Positions 17,899 to 28,795 of a stretch of 64,000 nucleotides of DNA are shown one piece after another; position 1 is the first letter of the stretch, and each line of letters begins with the position of its first letter. This stretch comes from Thermoplasmata archaeon. GTDB lineage: Archaea > Thermoplasmatota > E2 > JACPAO01 > JAHFTW01. The translations under genes were made by a program, and so were the position numbers. The stretch covers positions 96,001 through 160,000 of the forward strand of contig JAXDQS010000003.1 in NCBI GenBank assembly GCA_034667725.1, given 5' to 3'. The notes under the pieces were generated by a model. The model was not told the DNA's origin and ran no database searches. It saw only the letters and a list, made by a program, of their open reading frames with translations.

Positions 17899-18576
17899 AT
17901 GCGCGTCCTTTTGACCGGCGCCACCGGGACCGCCGGCTCGGCCGTGCTGCGCGCCTGCATCGCGGACCCGCGCGTCACGGAGGTGCTGGTGGTGGGCCGG
18001 CGCGCGCCGGAGGCCGTCCACCGCAAGGTCGAGCCGCGCATCCTGCCCGACCTCGGCGACTGGGCCCCGTTGCGCGGCCAGCTCGGCGGCCTCGACGCGG
18101 TGCTGTGGTGCCTCGGCGTGTCCCAGTCGGCGGTCGCGCGCGATGAGCTGCGCCGCGTCACCGTGGACTTCACGGTCGCGGGGGCGCGCGCCGTGCGGGC
18201 CGAGTCGCCGCAGGCGGCGTTCCTGTTCTTGTCGGGCGGCGGCGCCGACCCGCGCGGCCGCAGCCGGCTGCCGTTCGCCATCGAGAAGGGCCGCGCCGAG
18301 ACCGCGCTCGACGCCATGGGCTTCGCGCGGCTGCACCACTTCCGGCCGGGCTACATCCACCCGGAGCGGCCGGGCGCGCGCAAGCCGTGGACCGAGCGCG
18401 TGATGGCGCGGCTGGCGCCCGTGGTGCGGGCCGTGGCGCCCGGCGCGATGGTGGACGCGGGCGACCTGGCGCGCGCCATGGTGCGTGTTGCCGTCGATGG
18501 CCATCCGCTGCGGGTGCTGGAGAACCGCGACGTCCGGGCCGCGGCGGGCCTGGTGCGCGGGGCGCGGCCCGTCTAG
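17899..18576 (+). CDS. NAD(P)H-binding oxidoreductase (CC3/TIP30-YraR-like atypical SDR)
   Basis: MRVLLTGATGTAGS Rossmann motif; WCLG, KGRAE, FRPGYI. Confidence 0.88.
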   Translation: MRVLLTGATGTAGSAVLRACIADPRVTEVLVVGRRAPEAVHRKVEPRILPDLGDWAPLRGQLGGLDAVLWCLGVSQSAVARDELRRVTVDFTVAGARAVRAESPQAAFLFLSGGGADPRGRSRLPFAIEKGRAETALDAMGFARLHHFRPGYIHPERPGARKPWTERVMARLAPVVRAVAPGAMVDAGDLARAMVRVAVDGHPLRVLENRDVRAAAGLVRGARPV

Positions 18577-19363
18577 CCCAGCCGGCGGTATTGCGTCACG
18601 GCCAAGGCAGCGAACACGGCGACCAGGCCGGCGCACCACGCCACCGTGACGAGCGGGTCGGTGCCGGGGTCGGTGCCGAGGCTCCAGGAGCGCACCGCGT
18701 CGGAGGCGATCGAGACGGGGTTGTTGCTCGCGAACGCCTGGAGCCAGCCGGGCATGCTCTCGACGGGGACGAAGATGCTGCTTGCGAACACGACGGGGAA
18801 CGACCAGGTGAAGCCCGCCATCTCGGCCGCCTGGGTGGACTTGACCAAGAGGCCGATGGTGGCCGCGATCCAGCTGAAGGCGTAGCCGACGAGGACGACG
18901 AGGCCAAGGGCGAGGACGGCCTCGACCAAAGTGCCGTGGAAGCGGTAGCCGACGAGGTAGCCGACGCCGACCATGATGAGGGCGCTCGCGATGTTGCGGA
19001 CCGAGTCGCTCAAGGTGCGCGCCGACAGCACGGTGCCGCGGGCCATGGGCAGGCTGCGGAAGCGGTCCATGACGCCCTTCTGCATGTCCTCCGCGAGGTT
19101 GATGCCTGATCCCAGGCTGCTGAAGATGACGGTCTGCACGATGATGCCGGGCAGCAGGTAGTCGGTGTAGTCGCCGTTCGGGGTCTGGATGGCGCCGCCG
19201 AAGACGAACACGAACAGCAACGTGAACATCACCGGCTGCACGACGGCCATCGAGATCCAGTACGGGTTGCGCGAGTAGTATAGCAGGTTGCGCTTGGTCA
19301 TCAGCCAAGTGTCGGAGAAGCCCCAGCCGAAGCGGCGGGCGCGGGTCGAGGAGGCGGTCGCGG

Positions 19364-19367
<4 letters not shown>
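18573..19367 (-). CDS. ABC-2 type transporter permease (DrrB-like)
   Basis: QPVMFTLLFVFVFGG, YLLPGI, MDRFRSLPM, NPVS; six TM helices. Confidence 0.92.
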
Positions 19368-20374
<1,007 letters not shown>

Positions 20375-20408
20375 GGCGGCGGCGACTGGATCGGGGTTGA
20401 AAACCGTC

Positions 20409-20663
20409 TCAGTGGCTCCGAGGGCGCCTGCGCCTCGGCTTGCCTCTGGGCCCGAGCAGCTCCTCCGCCCGCCGCACCGCCTCGTCGCGCGACAGCCCCG
20501 CCTGCATCCCGAAATGGATTTGCAGGGCCCGTTGCAGCGCCGGGTTCGAGCTTGCGCCGGGGAACCGGTCGAGCGGGACCTTCACCGGCGGCGCCGGCCG
20601 CGCCGAACGCGTCCTCGGCGCGGGGGCCGCCACGACGGCCCGACCCTTCTGGGGCATGGCCAT
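20409..20663 (-). CDS. Small basic hypothetical protein
   Basis: 84-aa frame MAMPQKG...NPALQRALQIHFGMQAGLSRDEAVRRAEELLG filling the gap between genes. Confidence 0.5.
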   Translation of the reverse strand: MAMPQKGRAVVAAPAPRTRSARPAPPVKVPLDRFPGASSNPALQRALQIHFGMQAGLSRDEAVRRAEELLGPRGKPRRRRPRSH

Positions 20664-20708
20664 CCAAGTTCTGCGGCCGGGGAGATAACCTTGGCTTTGC
20701 CGGTCATG

Positions 20709-20714
20709 CTTAAG
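20709..20714 (+). promoter_or_regulatory. TATA box of 20738-leuD operon
   Basis: CTTAAG 23 nt upstream of ATG 20738. Confidence 0.55.
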
Positions 20715-20737
20715 CGGGCCGCCTCCGTGGGCGCCGC

Positions 20738-21085
20738 ATGGGAGACGACTGCTGCGGACCCGACGGCCACGCCCACGGGGACGCGGCCGCCGAGGGCGAC
20801 GCGGACCACATGCACCCGACCGAGGCGGCGGCACTGCGCGGCTTCCTCTCTGGCATCTACGCCACCCGCCTCGACCCCGACGAGCTGCAGGCCTACCTCG
20901 ACGCCATGGGCGACGACCACTCCGCCTTCGGCAAGCCCGCCCGCTTCCTGGCCGAGCAGATGCGCGCCCTGGTCGCCACCGTGGACCTGCCCGAGGACGA
21001 GCCGCCGGCGTGGCAGCTCTTGCAGGCCGTCTCGCAAGAGGCCGAGGAAGAGAACGTGGAGGACGGGGAGGGCGAGGAGGAATGA
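20738..21085 (+). CDS. Acidic hypothetical protein with Cys/His-rich N-terminus
   Basis: MGDDCCGPDGHAHG...DHMH; Glu-rich tail; stop overlaps leuD start (ATGA). Confidence 0.75.
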   Translation: MGDDCCGPDGHAHGDAAAEGDADHMHPTEAAALRGFLSGIYATRLDPDELQAYLDAMGDDHSAFGKPARFLAEQMRALVATVDLPEDEPPAWQLLQAVSQEAEEENVEDGEGEEE

Positions 21086-21663
21086 GCCAGATGCAGTTCC
21101 GCACCCAGTTCACGGGCCGCGCCTGGGCCCTGCCGGACTCCGTGGACACCGACATGATCACGCCCGGCAAGTACCTCACCATCATCGACCCGAAGGGCCT
21201 GGCCGAGCATATCCTGGAGGGCTGGCGCGCCGACTTCCCCAAGAAAATCCAGCCTGGCGACATCCTCGTGGCCGGCGACAACCTCGGCTGCGGCTCCTCC
21301 CGTGAGCACGCCCCCCTCTCGATGCTCGGCGCCGGCGTCCCCGTCGTGGTCGCCCGCAGCTTCGCCCGCATCTTCTACCGCAACGCCATCAACGTGGGCC
21401 TCCCCGCCCTGGAGTGCCCCGACATGCCGTCCGACTTCGTGCGCGACGGCGAGACCGTGCAGGTCGACCTGGAGCGCGGCATCGTGCGCAACGAGACCCG
21501 CGGCCTGGAGACCAAGGGCATTCCGCTGTCCGCCAAGGCCATCGAGATCCTCGACGCCGGCGGCCTGGTCAACATCGTGCGCCACAAGCTCGCCAAGCGT
21601 GGTGCTGCCCCCGAGCACACCGCGGCCACCACGACCAAGGTCACGGACTTCAAGGCCGACTGA
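21082..21663 (+). CDS. leuD: 3-isopropylmalate dehydratase/homoaconitase family, small subunit
   Basis: VDTDMITPGKYL, NLGCGSSREHA, SFARIFYRNAINVG. Confidence 0.93.
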   Translation: MSQMQFRTQFTGRAWALPDSVDTDMITPGKYLTIIDPKGLAEHILEGWRADFPKKIQPGDILVAGDNLGCGSSREHAPLSMLGAGVPVVVARSFARIFYRNAINVGLPALECPDMPSDFVRDGETVQVDLERGIVRNETRGLETKGIPLSAKAIEILDAGGLVNIVRHKLAKRGAAPEHTAATTTKVTDFKAD

Positions 21664-21734
21664 GCCTGCCGCCCGCGGAACCCACGGCGCCCGGAACCGC
21701 CGGTTCAAGCCGTCCCGCGGACCAACCTGAAGGC

Positions 21735-22211
21735 ATGTTGGACCCAGACCGCGCCACCATCCTCGTGGGCGTCGACTTCACGCAGGCGTCGGAGGCCGCC
21801 GTCGACCGCGCCATCGAGATGGCTCGCAAACGGCACGCCCAGCTCCGCCTGGTGCATGCCCTCAAGCCGCTGGGCGCCCCGGGCCTGGAGCCGTCGAACC
21901 CGTCGCCGCTCAAGTACAACAACGAGACCGCCGAGGTGGACGAGACCGGCCACGCGCCGACCGACACCTGGCTGCGCCGCATCCGCGCCAAGGGCGTCCA
22001 CGCCGATGCCATCGTGCGCGCCGGCAGTCCCGCCGCCGTCATCCTGGAGGAGGCCGACCGCATCTCCGCGGCCGCCGTCGTGGTGGGCTCGCACCGCCGC
22101 ACGCCGTTCGGCAAGGCGCTCTTGGGCAGCGTGTCGGAGGAAGTGGCGCGCCGCTGCCCCGTTGAGGTCGAAGTGGTGCCAGGGCCGTCCGGGCACGCCG
22201 GCGCCGCGTAG
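21735..22211 (+). CDS. Universal stress protein (UspA family)
   Basis: ILVGVDF...LVH...GSPAAVI...VVVGSH...LLGSVSEEV. Confidence 0.9.
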   Translation: MLDPDRATILVGVDFTQASEAAVDRAIEMARKRHAQLRLVHALKPLGAPGLEPSNPSPLKYNNETAEVDETGHAPTDTWLRRIRAKGVHADAIVRAGSPAAVILEEADRISAAAVVVGSHRRTPFGKALLGSVSEEVARRCPVEVEVVPGPSGHAGAA

Positions 22212-22245
22212 CAAAGATGATGGGCACAGCCCTAGGTCGGCCCGC

Positions 22246-22644
22246 GTGGCCCACGTCCAGCGCATCCCAGTGCGGTTCGCCGACATCGACGCCCTCGACC
22301 ACGTCAACCATGCCGTCCTTCTGACCTACTGCGAGACGGTGCGGTGCGACTGGTTCCAGGAGACCGGCTACCCCTCGATGGCCCGGCTGCCGTTCATCAT
22401 CGCGTCGGCCCGCATCGAGTACAAGGCCCAGGTCGCCAAGGCGGACCCCGTCGAGGTGGCGATGTGGACCAGCCGGGTCGGCGGCAAGTCGTGGGACTTC
22501 AGCTACGCCGTCCGCAACGTCCAGACCAAGGCGGCCTACGCCGAGGCGACGACGGTGCAGGTGGCGTACGACTACGGGGCCAGGAAGACGGTGGAGATCC
22601 CGGCGGAGCTGCGGGCCCGGCTGGAAGCGCTGCGACCCGATTGA
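22246..22644 (+). CDS. Acyl-CoA thioesterase (4HBT/YbgC hotdog fold)
   Basis: VRFADIDALDHVNHAVLLTYCE; GTG start. Confidence 0.9.
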   Translation: MAHVQRIPVRFADIDALDHVNHAVLLTYCETVRCDWFQETGYPSMARLPFIIASARIEYKAQVAKADPVEVAMWTSRVGGKSWDFSYAVRNVQTKAAYAEATTVQVAYDYGARKTVEIPAELRARLEALRPD

Positions 22645-22704
22645 GCCCCGTGGGGCGCGAAACCAACCAGACCGTCGATTTTTTCCCTAGGCCCCGCAAA
22701 TGCC

Positions 22705-23274
22705 ATGCCTGGAATGGACGCCCTAGGCTGGTTCCTCATCATCGGCGGCATCCTGCTCGCCGTCATCCTGATCGCGTGGATTGTCTCCACCATCAACCGG
22801 TTCATCCGGTACGAGAACGAGATCGACAACGCCTGGGGCCAGATCGACGTCCAGCTCCAACGCCGCGGCGAACTCATCCCCAACCTCATCGAGACGGTCA
22901 AGGGCTACGCCAAGCACGAGAAGACCACGCTCGACGAGGTCATCCGGGCCCGCGGCGCCATGCTCGCCGCCACCACGCCCCAGTCCAAGATGGCCGCGGA
23001 AGGCATCCTCGAGCAGGCGCTCGGCAAGCTGTTCGCCATCGCCGAAGCCTACCCGGACCTGAAGGCCAACACCAACTTCCTGCAGCTCCAGGACGAGCTG
23101 TCGCACACCGAGAACAAGATCTCGTTCGCGCGCCAATACTACAACGACGCGGTGCTGCGCTACAACAACGCCATCGAGACCTTCCCCGGCCGCCTGTTCG
23201 CCGGCGCCCGCAAGGAGCGCGGCATGCTCGCCATCCCCGAGGCGACGCGCGCCGTCCCCAAGGTCCAGTTCTAG
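22705..23274 (+). CDS. lemA: LemA family protein
   Basis: N-terminal TM; NAWGQIDVQLQRR..LIPNL, EAYPDLKAN, ENKISFARQYYN. Confidence 0.95.
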   Translation: MPGMDALGWFLIIGGILLAVILIAWIVSTINRFIRYENEIDNAWGQIDVQLQRRGELIPNLIETVKGYAKHEKTTLDEVIRARGAMLAATTPQSKMAAEGILEQALGKLFAIAEAYPDLKANTNFLQLQDELSHTENKISFARQYYNDAVLRYNNAIETFPGRLFAGARKERGMLAIPEATRAVPKVQF

Positions 23275-23286
23275 GACGGCCGACCC

Positions 23287-24183
23287 GTGGACTTCCAGGA
23301 CCACATCCGGCGCAACAAGCGCGCGACCATCCGGCTGTTCGTCGTCGTCTTTCTGATCGTGGCCGCCCTGGTCACGGTGCTGGGGTACGTGTTCCTGGGG
23401 AACATCTTGATCTCCGCCGTGCTGGCCATCGTGATCGGCCTGGTCTACCTCGCCATTTCCAGCGCCTTCAGCGTCGCCGCCGTCCTCAAGTCCGCCCGCG
23501 CCCGCCCCGCCAACCCCGCCGTCCGCGAGGAGAAGCTCCTCGTCTACAAGGTCGAAGAACTGGCCTTGGCCGCCGGCCTGCCGGTCCCGAAGGTCTACGT
23601 CCAGGAAGACGACGACATCAACGCCTTCGCCACCGGCCGCAACCCCAAGGAGGCCATCGTCTGCGTCACCACGACGGCGCTGCGCGAACTGAACCAGGAG
23701 GAGCTGGAGGGCGTCCTGGCGCACGAGTTGTCGCACATCAAGAACTACGACATCCGCGTCAGCCTCTACGCCATCGCCCTCATCGGCCTCATCGCCATCC
23801 TCGGCGAGATCACCTTCCGCGCCATGTTCTTCAGCGGCGGCCGGCGCGACTCCAAGGTCCCGCCCGTGTTCATCATCGTCGCCCTGGTGTTCGCCATCCT
23901 CGCGCCCATCCTGAGCCGCCTGGTGTACCTCGCCATCAGCCGCCGGCGCGAGTTCCTCGCCGACGCCACCGGCGCCAGCCTCAGCCGCAACCCCGAAGGC
24001 CTCGCCCGTGCCCTCGAGAAGATCGCCGGCCGCCAACCGACGGCGCACCACGGCGACCGCACGGTGGCAAGCCTCTACCTCGACAACCCGTTCCGCAAGC
24101 GCGGCCACCGGGGCTCGGCGTTCAGCACGCACCCGCCGCTGGAGGAGCGCATCGCGCGGCTTAGGAACCGGCGGCAGGGCTGA
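23287..24183 (+). CDS. htpX: M48 zinc metalloprotease HtpX
   Basis: INAFATG, HELSH, SRRREFLADA, FSTHPPLEERI; follows lemA. Confidence 0.92.
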   Translation: MDFQDHIRRNKRATIRLFVVVFLIVAALVTVLGYVFLGNILISAVLAIVIGLVYLAISSAFSVAAVLKSARARPANPAVREEKLLVYKVEELALAAGLPVPKVYVQEDDDINAFATGRNPKEAIVCVTTTALRELNQEELEGVLAHELSHIKNYDIRVSLYAIALIGLIAILGEITFRAMFFSGGRRDSKVPPVFIIVALVFAILAPILSRLVYLAISRRREFLADATGASLSRNPEGLARALEKIAGRQPTAHHGDRTVASLYLDNPFRKRGHRGSAFSTHPPLEERIARLRNRRQG

Positions 24184-24236
24184 GGCCTCTCCGGCCACCA
24201 CAAACCCTATTCCGCGCCCCCCGCGTCGCGCGTCCC

Positions 24237-25800
24237 ATGCGCATCCTGGTCGCCGCCTTCCTGGTGGCCGCCCTCCTGGCCGGCTGCCTCGGCGACAGCC
24301 AAGACACGACCACGCCGCCCACGCAGCCGCCGGCCGTCGAACTGAGCCCCAAGCTCTACGACGTCCTGCCCGCCGAGGAGGCCTGGATCGGTTCGCCGCA
24401 GGACGGGGTGCGCCTCCACAACGCGGTCTATCGTCCGGACACGGACGCGCCGGTCCCGGTCTTCATCAACTTCAGCCCGTACTGGGGCGACTCGGCGATG
24501 CTGGGCGGCGACAACTTCGCCCGCTACATGGTGGAGGAGTACGTGCCGCGCGGCTACGCGGTGGTGCTGTCGGCGGTGCGCGGCACGGGCCATTCCGAGG
24601 GCTGCTTCCAGATCGGCGGCGACGTGGAGCTGCAGGACGCGCACGACGTGGTCGACTTCTTCGCCAAGCAGCCCTGGTCCTCCGGCGCCGTCGCGGCCGG
24701 CGGCAAGTCCTACGATTCCACCACGCAGAACGGCATGGTCGCCAAGTTCCCGCACCCCGCCCTCAAGGGCATCTTCCACGTGTCGGGCATCACCGACATG
24801 TACGCTTACAACTACAAGGCCGGCGTCCCGTACTCGAACGGCCTGGAGTTCACGCCGCGCTACTTCGCCACCCAGGCGTTCGACGAGTACTTGGCCGGCG
24901 AGCCGGCAGACGAAGGCCCCGAGTCGTTGGCGCGCGTGCTGGACGACGCGGCCTGCGCCGAGCTGCCGGAGCACGTCGCCTCCGGGGAGGGCTCGGCGGC
25001 GCACGGCATCAAGGACGCCTACTGGGTCGAGCGCGACTGGGCGCCGTTCATGGAGGACTCCACCTGGAACGGCACCGTGTTCTTCGTCCACGGCCTGTCG
25101 GACTGGAACGTCAAGCCCGACCACATCCTGCCCTGGGTGCAGGTCCTCCAGCAGAAGGGCGTCCCCGTCCTCGGCTGGCTGCACCAGTGGAGCCAGGACG
25201 GCACCGGCCACGTGTACCCGATGCGCGCGGACTGGAACCAGACGATGCTGGCCTGGCTCGACTTCACCCTCAAGGGCAAGGACGTCCCGGTGCCGTGGGG
25301 CTACGAGGCGCAAGGCAGCGACGAGCTGTGGCGCCGCAGCGACGCCTGGCCGCCCGCCAGCCGCGTGGTGCTCGTGAACGGCACCGGCGACGCCGGCAAG
25401 GTGCCGCCGGGCACCCGCCTCGTCGGCGTCCAGAAGGCCGAGGTCCGGTTCATGGCGGCCACCGCCGACCCCGTCCTGCGCGTCGTCGTGTACGACGGCG
25501 ACCGCTGGGTGACGGAAGGCGTGGCCCGCCCCGCGCTGTCGGAGGACCTCTCGGGCCCCGCCGGCTACGTCCCGGGGACCGAAGAGGCGTGGATGGTGAC
25601 GCTGTTCCCCGTCGACCACGTCGTGGAGGGGGCGTTGAGCCTCGCCTTCGGGTTCCCGACCAACGGGCAGGCGGAGACGCCGTCCGGGTTCGTCGCGACG
25701 CCCCGTCACCTACCTGGGCGGGGCGCTGTTTGCCGCCGCCGCGGCCGACGCCACCCCGACCGCCGTCCAGCCCGCGCCGATGGCCTGCTTCGCCTGCTGA
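24237..25800 (+). pseudogene. CocE/NonD - Xaa-Pro dipeptidyl peptidase (S15) family lipoprotein 1, with apparent frameshift near 25701
   Basis: Lipobox LAGC; VRGTGHSEG, GKSYD nucleophile, HGLSDWNV; natural C-terminus (PVTYLGG...MACFAC*) lies in the +1 frame and ends at 25800; could be an assembly error in an intact gene. Confidence 0.7.
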
Positions 25801-25808
25801 GGATTCCC

Positions 25809-27512
25809 ATGAAGACCGTCTTCGCCGCCGCCCTGCTGCTCGCCGCCCTGCTCGCGGGCTGCGCCAACCCCGAGCCTGCCCCCGAGGCGCCGCCGTCGAG
25901 CCCGGTGCGGGCGCCGCTCACCGAGCCCCTGCACAAGATCGGGGCGCACCTCGACCACACCTTCGTCGCCACGACCGGGACGCAGCTCTACGTCGACTAC
26001 GTCCTGCCGGAGCCGCTGCCCCAAGGCGGCGCCCCCGTGATCCTGGTGTTCACGCCCTACCAGGACCCCGACGCGCCGCAGCCTCCCGCCGGCGAAGGCC
26101 CGGCCGGCCAGGACGCGCCGTACAACACGCGGCTGGTGGAGGACTTCGTGCCGCGCGGCTACGCGGTCGCGTTCGCGGACGTGCGCGGCAACCACAACGC
26201 CGGCGGCTGCGTCGACCAGACCGGCCCTGAGCAGTGGCAGGACGGCTACGACTACGTCGAGTGGCTGGGGACGCAGGCATGGTCGAACGGCAACGTCGGC
26301 ATGTACGGCGCCTCCTACGACGGCGAGACCCAGTTCACGACCGCCATGATGGCGCCGCCGCACCTGAAGGCCATCGTGCCCGTCGCAAGCGTCAGCAACC
26401 AGTACGAGTGGAGCTTCTACCAAGGCGTCCCCTACGAGACGCAGCCCACTCTCGGGATGGCGGTCTACCTGCAAGGCTCCCTGGTCCCCTCGACGGACCC
26501 GGACAACGCCGCGCTCTACCCCGAGAAGCTCTCCTGCCAAGACCAGATGCTCGCGGCCGGCGTGGACTTCAGCGGCGACATGAACGCCTTCTGGAAACGG
26601 CTCGACTACCGCCCGATGGCCGGCAACATCACGGCCGCCGTGCTGCACGTGCACGGGCTCGTCGACTGGAACGTCCGCCCCGTCCACATCGACCCGCTGT
26701 TCAACGACATCCAGTCCACCAAGCGCGCCATCTACGGCCAATGGGCCCACGCCTACCCCGACCGCAAGGACTGGCAGGACCTCCTGCACGCCTGGTACGA
26801 CCACTTCCTGTTCGGGCGGGAGAACGGCATCCTCGACATCTTGCCCCCGGTGCTCATCGAGGACGACCAAGGCGCGTGGCACGGCATCGAGAGCTTCCCG
26901 CCGCCCGTGGAGTGGCTGGAGCTGGAGCTGACGGGCGACGGCCGCCTGGTCCCGTCCGGCCAGGCCGAGCCTGTCGAGGCCGAGATCGCGGACTACCCCG
27001 AGGAGGCCATGGTGGGCGCCGGCGCCGTCGACGTGTCGGACCCCAGCGGCCAGCTTGCCCCCGACCGGCTCGCCTTCGCCTACACGCCCGACCGCGAGCT
27101 GCGCCTCGTCGGCCGCCCCGAGCTGCGCTTCACGGCAACTACCGACGAGAAGTCCACCCACTGGGGCGTCCACCTCGGCGCCGCCGACTGCGCGGGCGCC
27201 AGCGACTGCCTGAACACGGGCTACCAGGACACGCGGCACCGCGACGGCCTCGACAACCCCAAGGACCTGGAGTCCGGCGTGCCCTACAACCTCACCGTCC
27301 GGATGTATCCCCAGTACGACGTGCTGGGCGCCGGCCAGGAGGTCACGTTGACGCTCCTGCAAAACGATGGCGAGGTCAGCCAAGACCCCACGTTCGCGCG
27401 CAGCATGGTGGCGCTGGGCGGCGGCCGGGCCCTGCTCAGACTGCCCGTTCATTCCGGCGGCGTTCCATTGCCGGCGGACGAGCTGCCCGAGACGTATCCG
27501 GGCTACCTGTAG
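25809..27512 (+). CDS. CocE/NonD - Xaa-Pro dipeptidyl peptidase (S15) family lipoprotein 2
   Basis: Own signal and lipobox MKTVFAAALLLAALLAGC; GASYDG nucleophile; HGLVDWNV; GQWAH; paralog of upstream gene. Confidence 0.88.
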   Translation: MKTVFAAALLLAALLAGCANPEPAPEAPPSSPVRAPLTEPLHKIGAHLDHTFVATTGTQLYVDYVLPEPLPQGGAPVILVFTPYQDPDAPQPPAGEGPAGQDAPYNTRLVEDFVPRGYAVAFADVRGNHNAGGCVDQTGPEQWQDGYDYVEWLGTQAWSNGNVGMYGASYDGETQFTTAMMAPPHLKAIVPVASVSNQYEWSFYQGVPYETQPTLGMAVYLQGSLVPSTDPDNAALYPEKLSCQDQMLAAGVDFSGDMNAFWKRLDYRPMAGNITAAVLHVHGLVDWNVRPVHIDPLFNDIQSTKRAIYGQWAHAYPDRKDWQDLLHAWYDHFLFGRENGILDILPPVLIEDDQGAWHGIESFPPPVEWLELELTGDGRLVPSGQAEPVEAEIADYPEEAMVGAGAVDVSDPSGQLAPDRLAFAYTPDRELRLVGRPELRFTATTDEKSTHWGVHLGAADCAGASDCLNTGYQDTRHRDGLDNPKDLESGVPYNLTVRMYPQYDVLGAGQEVTLTLLQNDGEVSQDPTFARSMVALGGGRALLRLPVHSGGVPLPADELPETYPGYL

Positions 27513-27552
27513 AGCGGCGGCTTCAAAGACCACCGTCGGGTCGGCGCTCGCG

Positions 27553-28680
27553 ATGGCGGACGCGAAGGTTGTCTCGACCCCTGGCGACGGCGTGGGCAAG
27601 GAGGTCGTCCCGGCGGCCTTGACGGTCCTGGAGGCCTTGCAAGAGAAGCACGGCTTCCACCTGGACGTCCAGCACGTCGACTGCGGCGCGCAGCACTACC
27701 AGAAAACCGGCCACGAGTGGGAGGAGGGCGGGCTGGCGCGCTGCGGCGAGGCCGACGCCGTCCTCCTGGGCGCCGTGGGCTGGCCGGGTGTCTCGCTGCC
27801 CGACGGCAACATCGCGGGCTGGAACGTCATCTTCGGCCTCCGCCTCGGCCTCGACCTGTACGCCAACGTCCGCCCGTGCCGCCTCTACCCCGGCGTCCCG
27901 CACAAGATCTCTGAGGCGTTCACCCAGGTGTGGAAGCCCGAGAACGTGGACATGCTCATCTTCCGCGAGAACACCGAGGGCTCCTACACTCCGACGCGCG
28001 GGATGCTGACGCGGGCTGGCGTCGACGAGGTCGCCATCGACTCGCGCGTCATCACCCGCAAGGGCGCCACCCGCATCAACGAGCGGGCGTTCGAGGCCGC
28101 CGAGGCGCGCGCCAAGGCCCGCGGGCCCGGCTCCAAGCGCGAGACCAAGGTGACCTGCGTGGACAAGTCGAACGTCCGCGCCGGCTGCCGCTTGTTCCGC
28201 GCCTGCTACGACGAGGTCGGCAAGGCCCACCCGGCCGTCAAGCGGGACTACTCCTACGTCGACGCCTTCACCCAGAGCCTGGTGCGCAACCCGGAGTGGT
28301 ACGACGTCGTGGTGGCGCCCAACATGCTCGGCGACATCATCACCGACCTCGCCGCCGTCCTCCAAGGCGGCATGGGCATGGCCGGCAGCGGCAACATCGG
28401 CGACCGGCACGCCATGTTCGAGCCCGTCCACGGCTCCGCGCCCAAGCACGCGGGGCAGGACGTCATCAACCCCTATGCCACCATCCTCACCACCGGCATG
28501 ATGCTGGAGCACCTCGGCCGCAAGAAGAACAACGCCCGCATGACGGCCGCCGCCGCCACCTTGGAGCGGGCGGTCCAGGAGTGCCTCGCGCGCCGCGTCT
28601 TCACCTACGACCTCGGCGGCAAGCACAAGTGCAGCCAGGTCGGGCACGAGGTCGCACAGGCCGTGAAGGCCCTCCCCTGA
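27553..28680 (+). CDS. Isocitrate/isopropylmalate (beta-decarboxylating) dehydrogenase family protein
   Basis: PGDGVGKEV, DLYANVRP, RENTEG, DKSN, NMLGDIITD, FEPVHGSAP. Confidence 0.92.
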   Translation: MADAKVVSTPGDGVGKEVVPAALTVLEALQEKHGFHLDVQHVDCGAQHYQKTGHEWEEGGLARCGEADAVLLGAVGWPGVSLPDGNIAGWNVIFGLRLGLDLYANVRPCRLYPGVPHKISEAFTQVWKPENVDMLIFRENTEGSYTPTRGMLTRAGVDEVAIDSRVITRKGATRINERAFEAAEARAKARGPGSKRETKVTCVDKSNVRAGCRLFRACYDEVGKAHPAVKRDYSYVDAFTQSLVRNPEWYDVVVAPNMLGDIITDLAAVLQGGMGMAGSGNIGDRHAMFEPVHGSAPKHAGQDVINPYATILTTGMMLEHLGRKKNNARMTAAAATLERAVQECLARRVFTYDLGGKHKCSQVGHEVAQAVKALP

Positions 28681-28711
28681 CCCGCCCACTACCCACCACC
28701 CGCCCCCTACC

Positions 28712-28790
28712 ACTGGACACAGATTCCACAGACCGCCTTTTTGGACAGGTTCTGTGGAATCTGTGTCTAGTTGGGGCGGCTGTGTCTAGT
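28712..28790. repeat. Single palindromic repeat unit (cluster D) of the same family
   Basis: ACTGGACACAGATTCCACAGA...TCTGTGGAATCTGTGTCTAGT near-perfect inverted arms, then partial duplication TGTGTCTAGT; between convergent genes. Confidence 0.85.
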
Positions 28791-28795
28791 CGGGG

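Noticed and set aside
21664-21725. Possible further REP-like palindrome after leuD
   Set aside because: Only a weak CCGCGG...CCGCGG/GAACC..GGTTC symmetry, compatible with chance at this GC, and it overlaps the likely promoter of the Usp gene.
24237-27512. A single 1091-aa double-hydrolase protein
   Set aside because: An internal signal peptide/lipobox at 25809 and a better C-terminus in the +1 frame indicate two genes joined by a frameshift.
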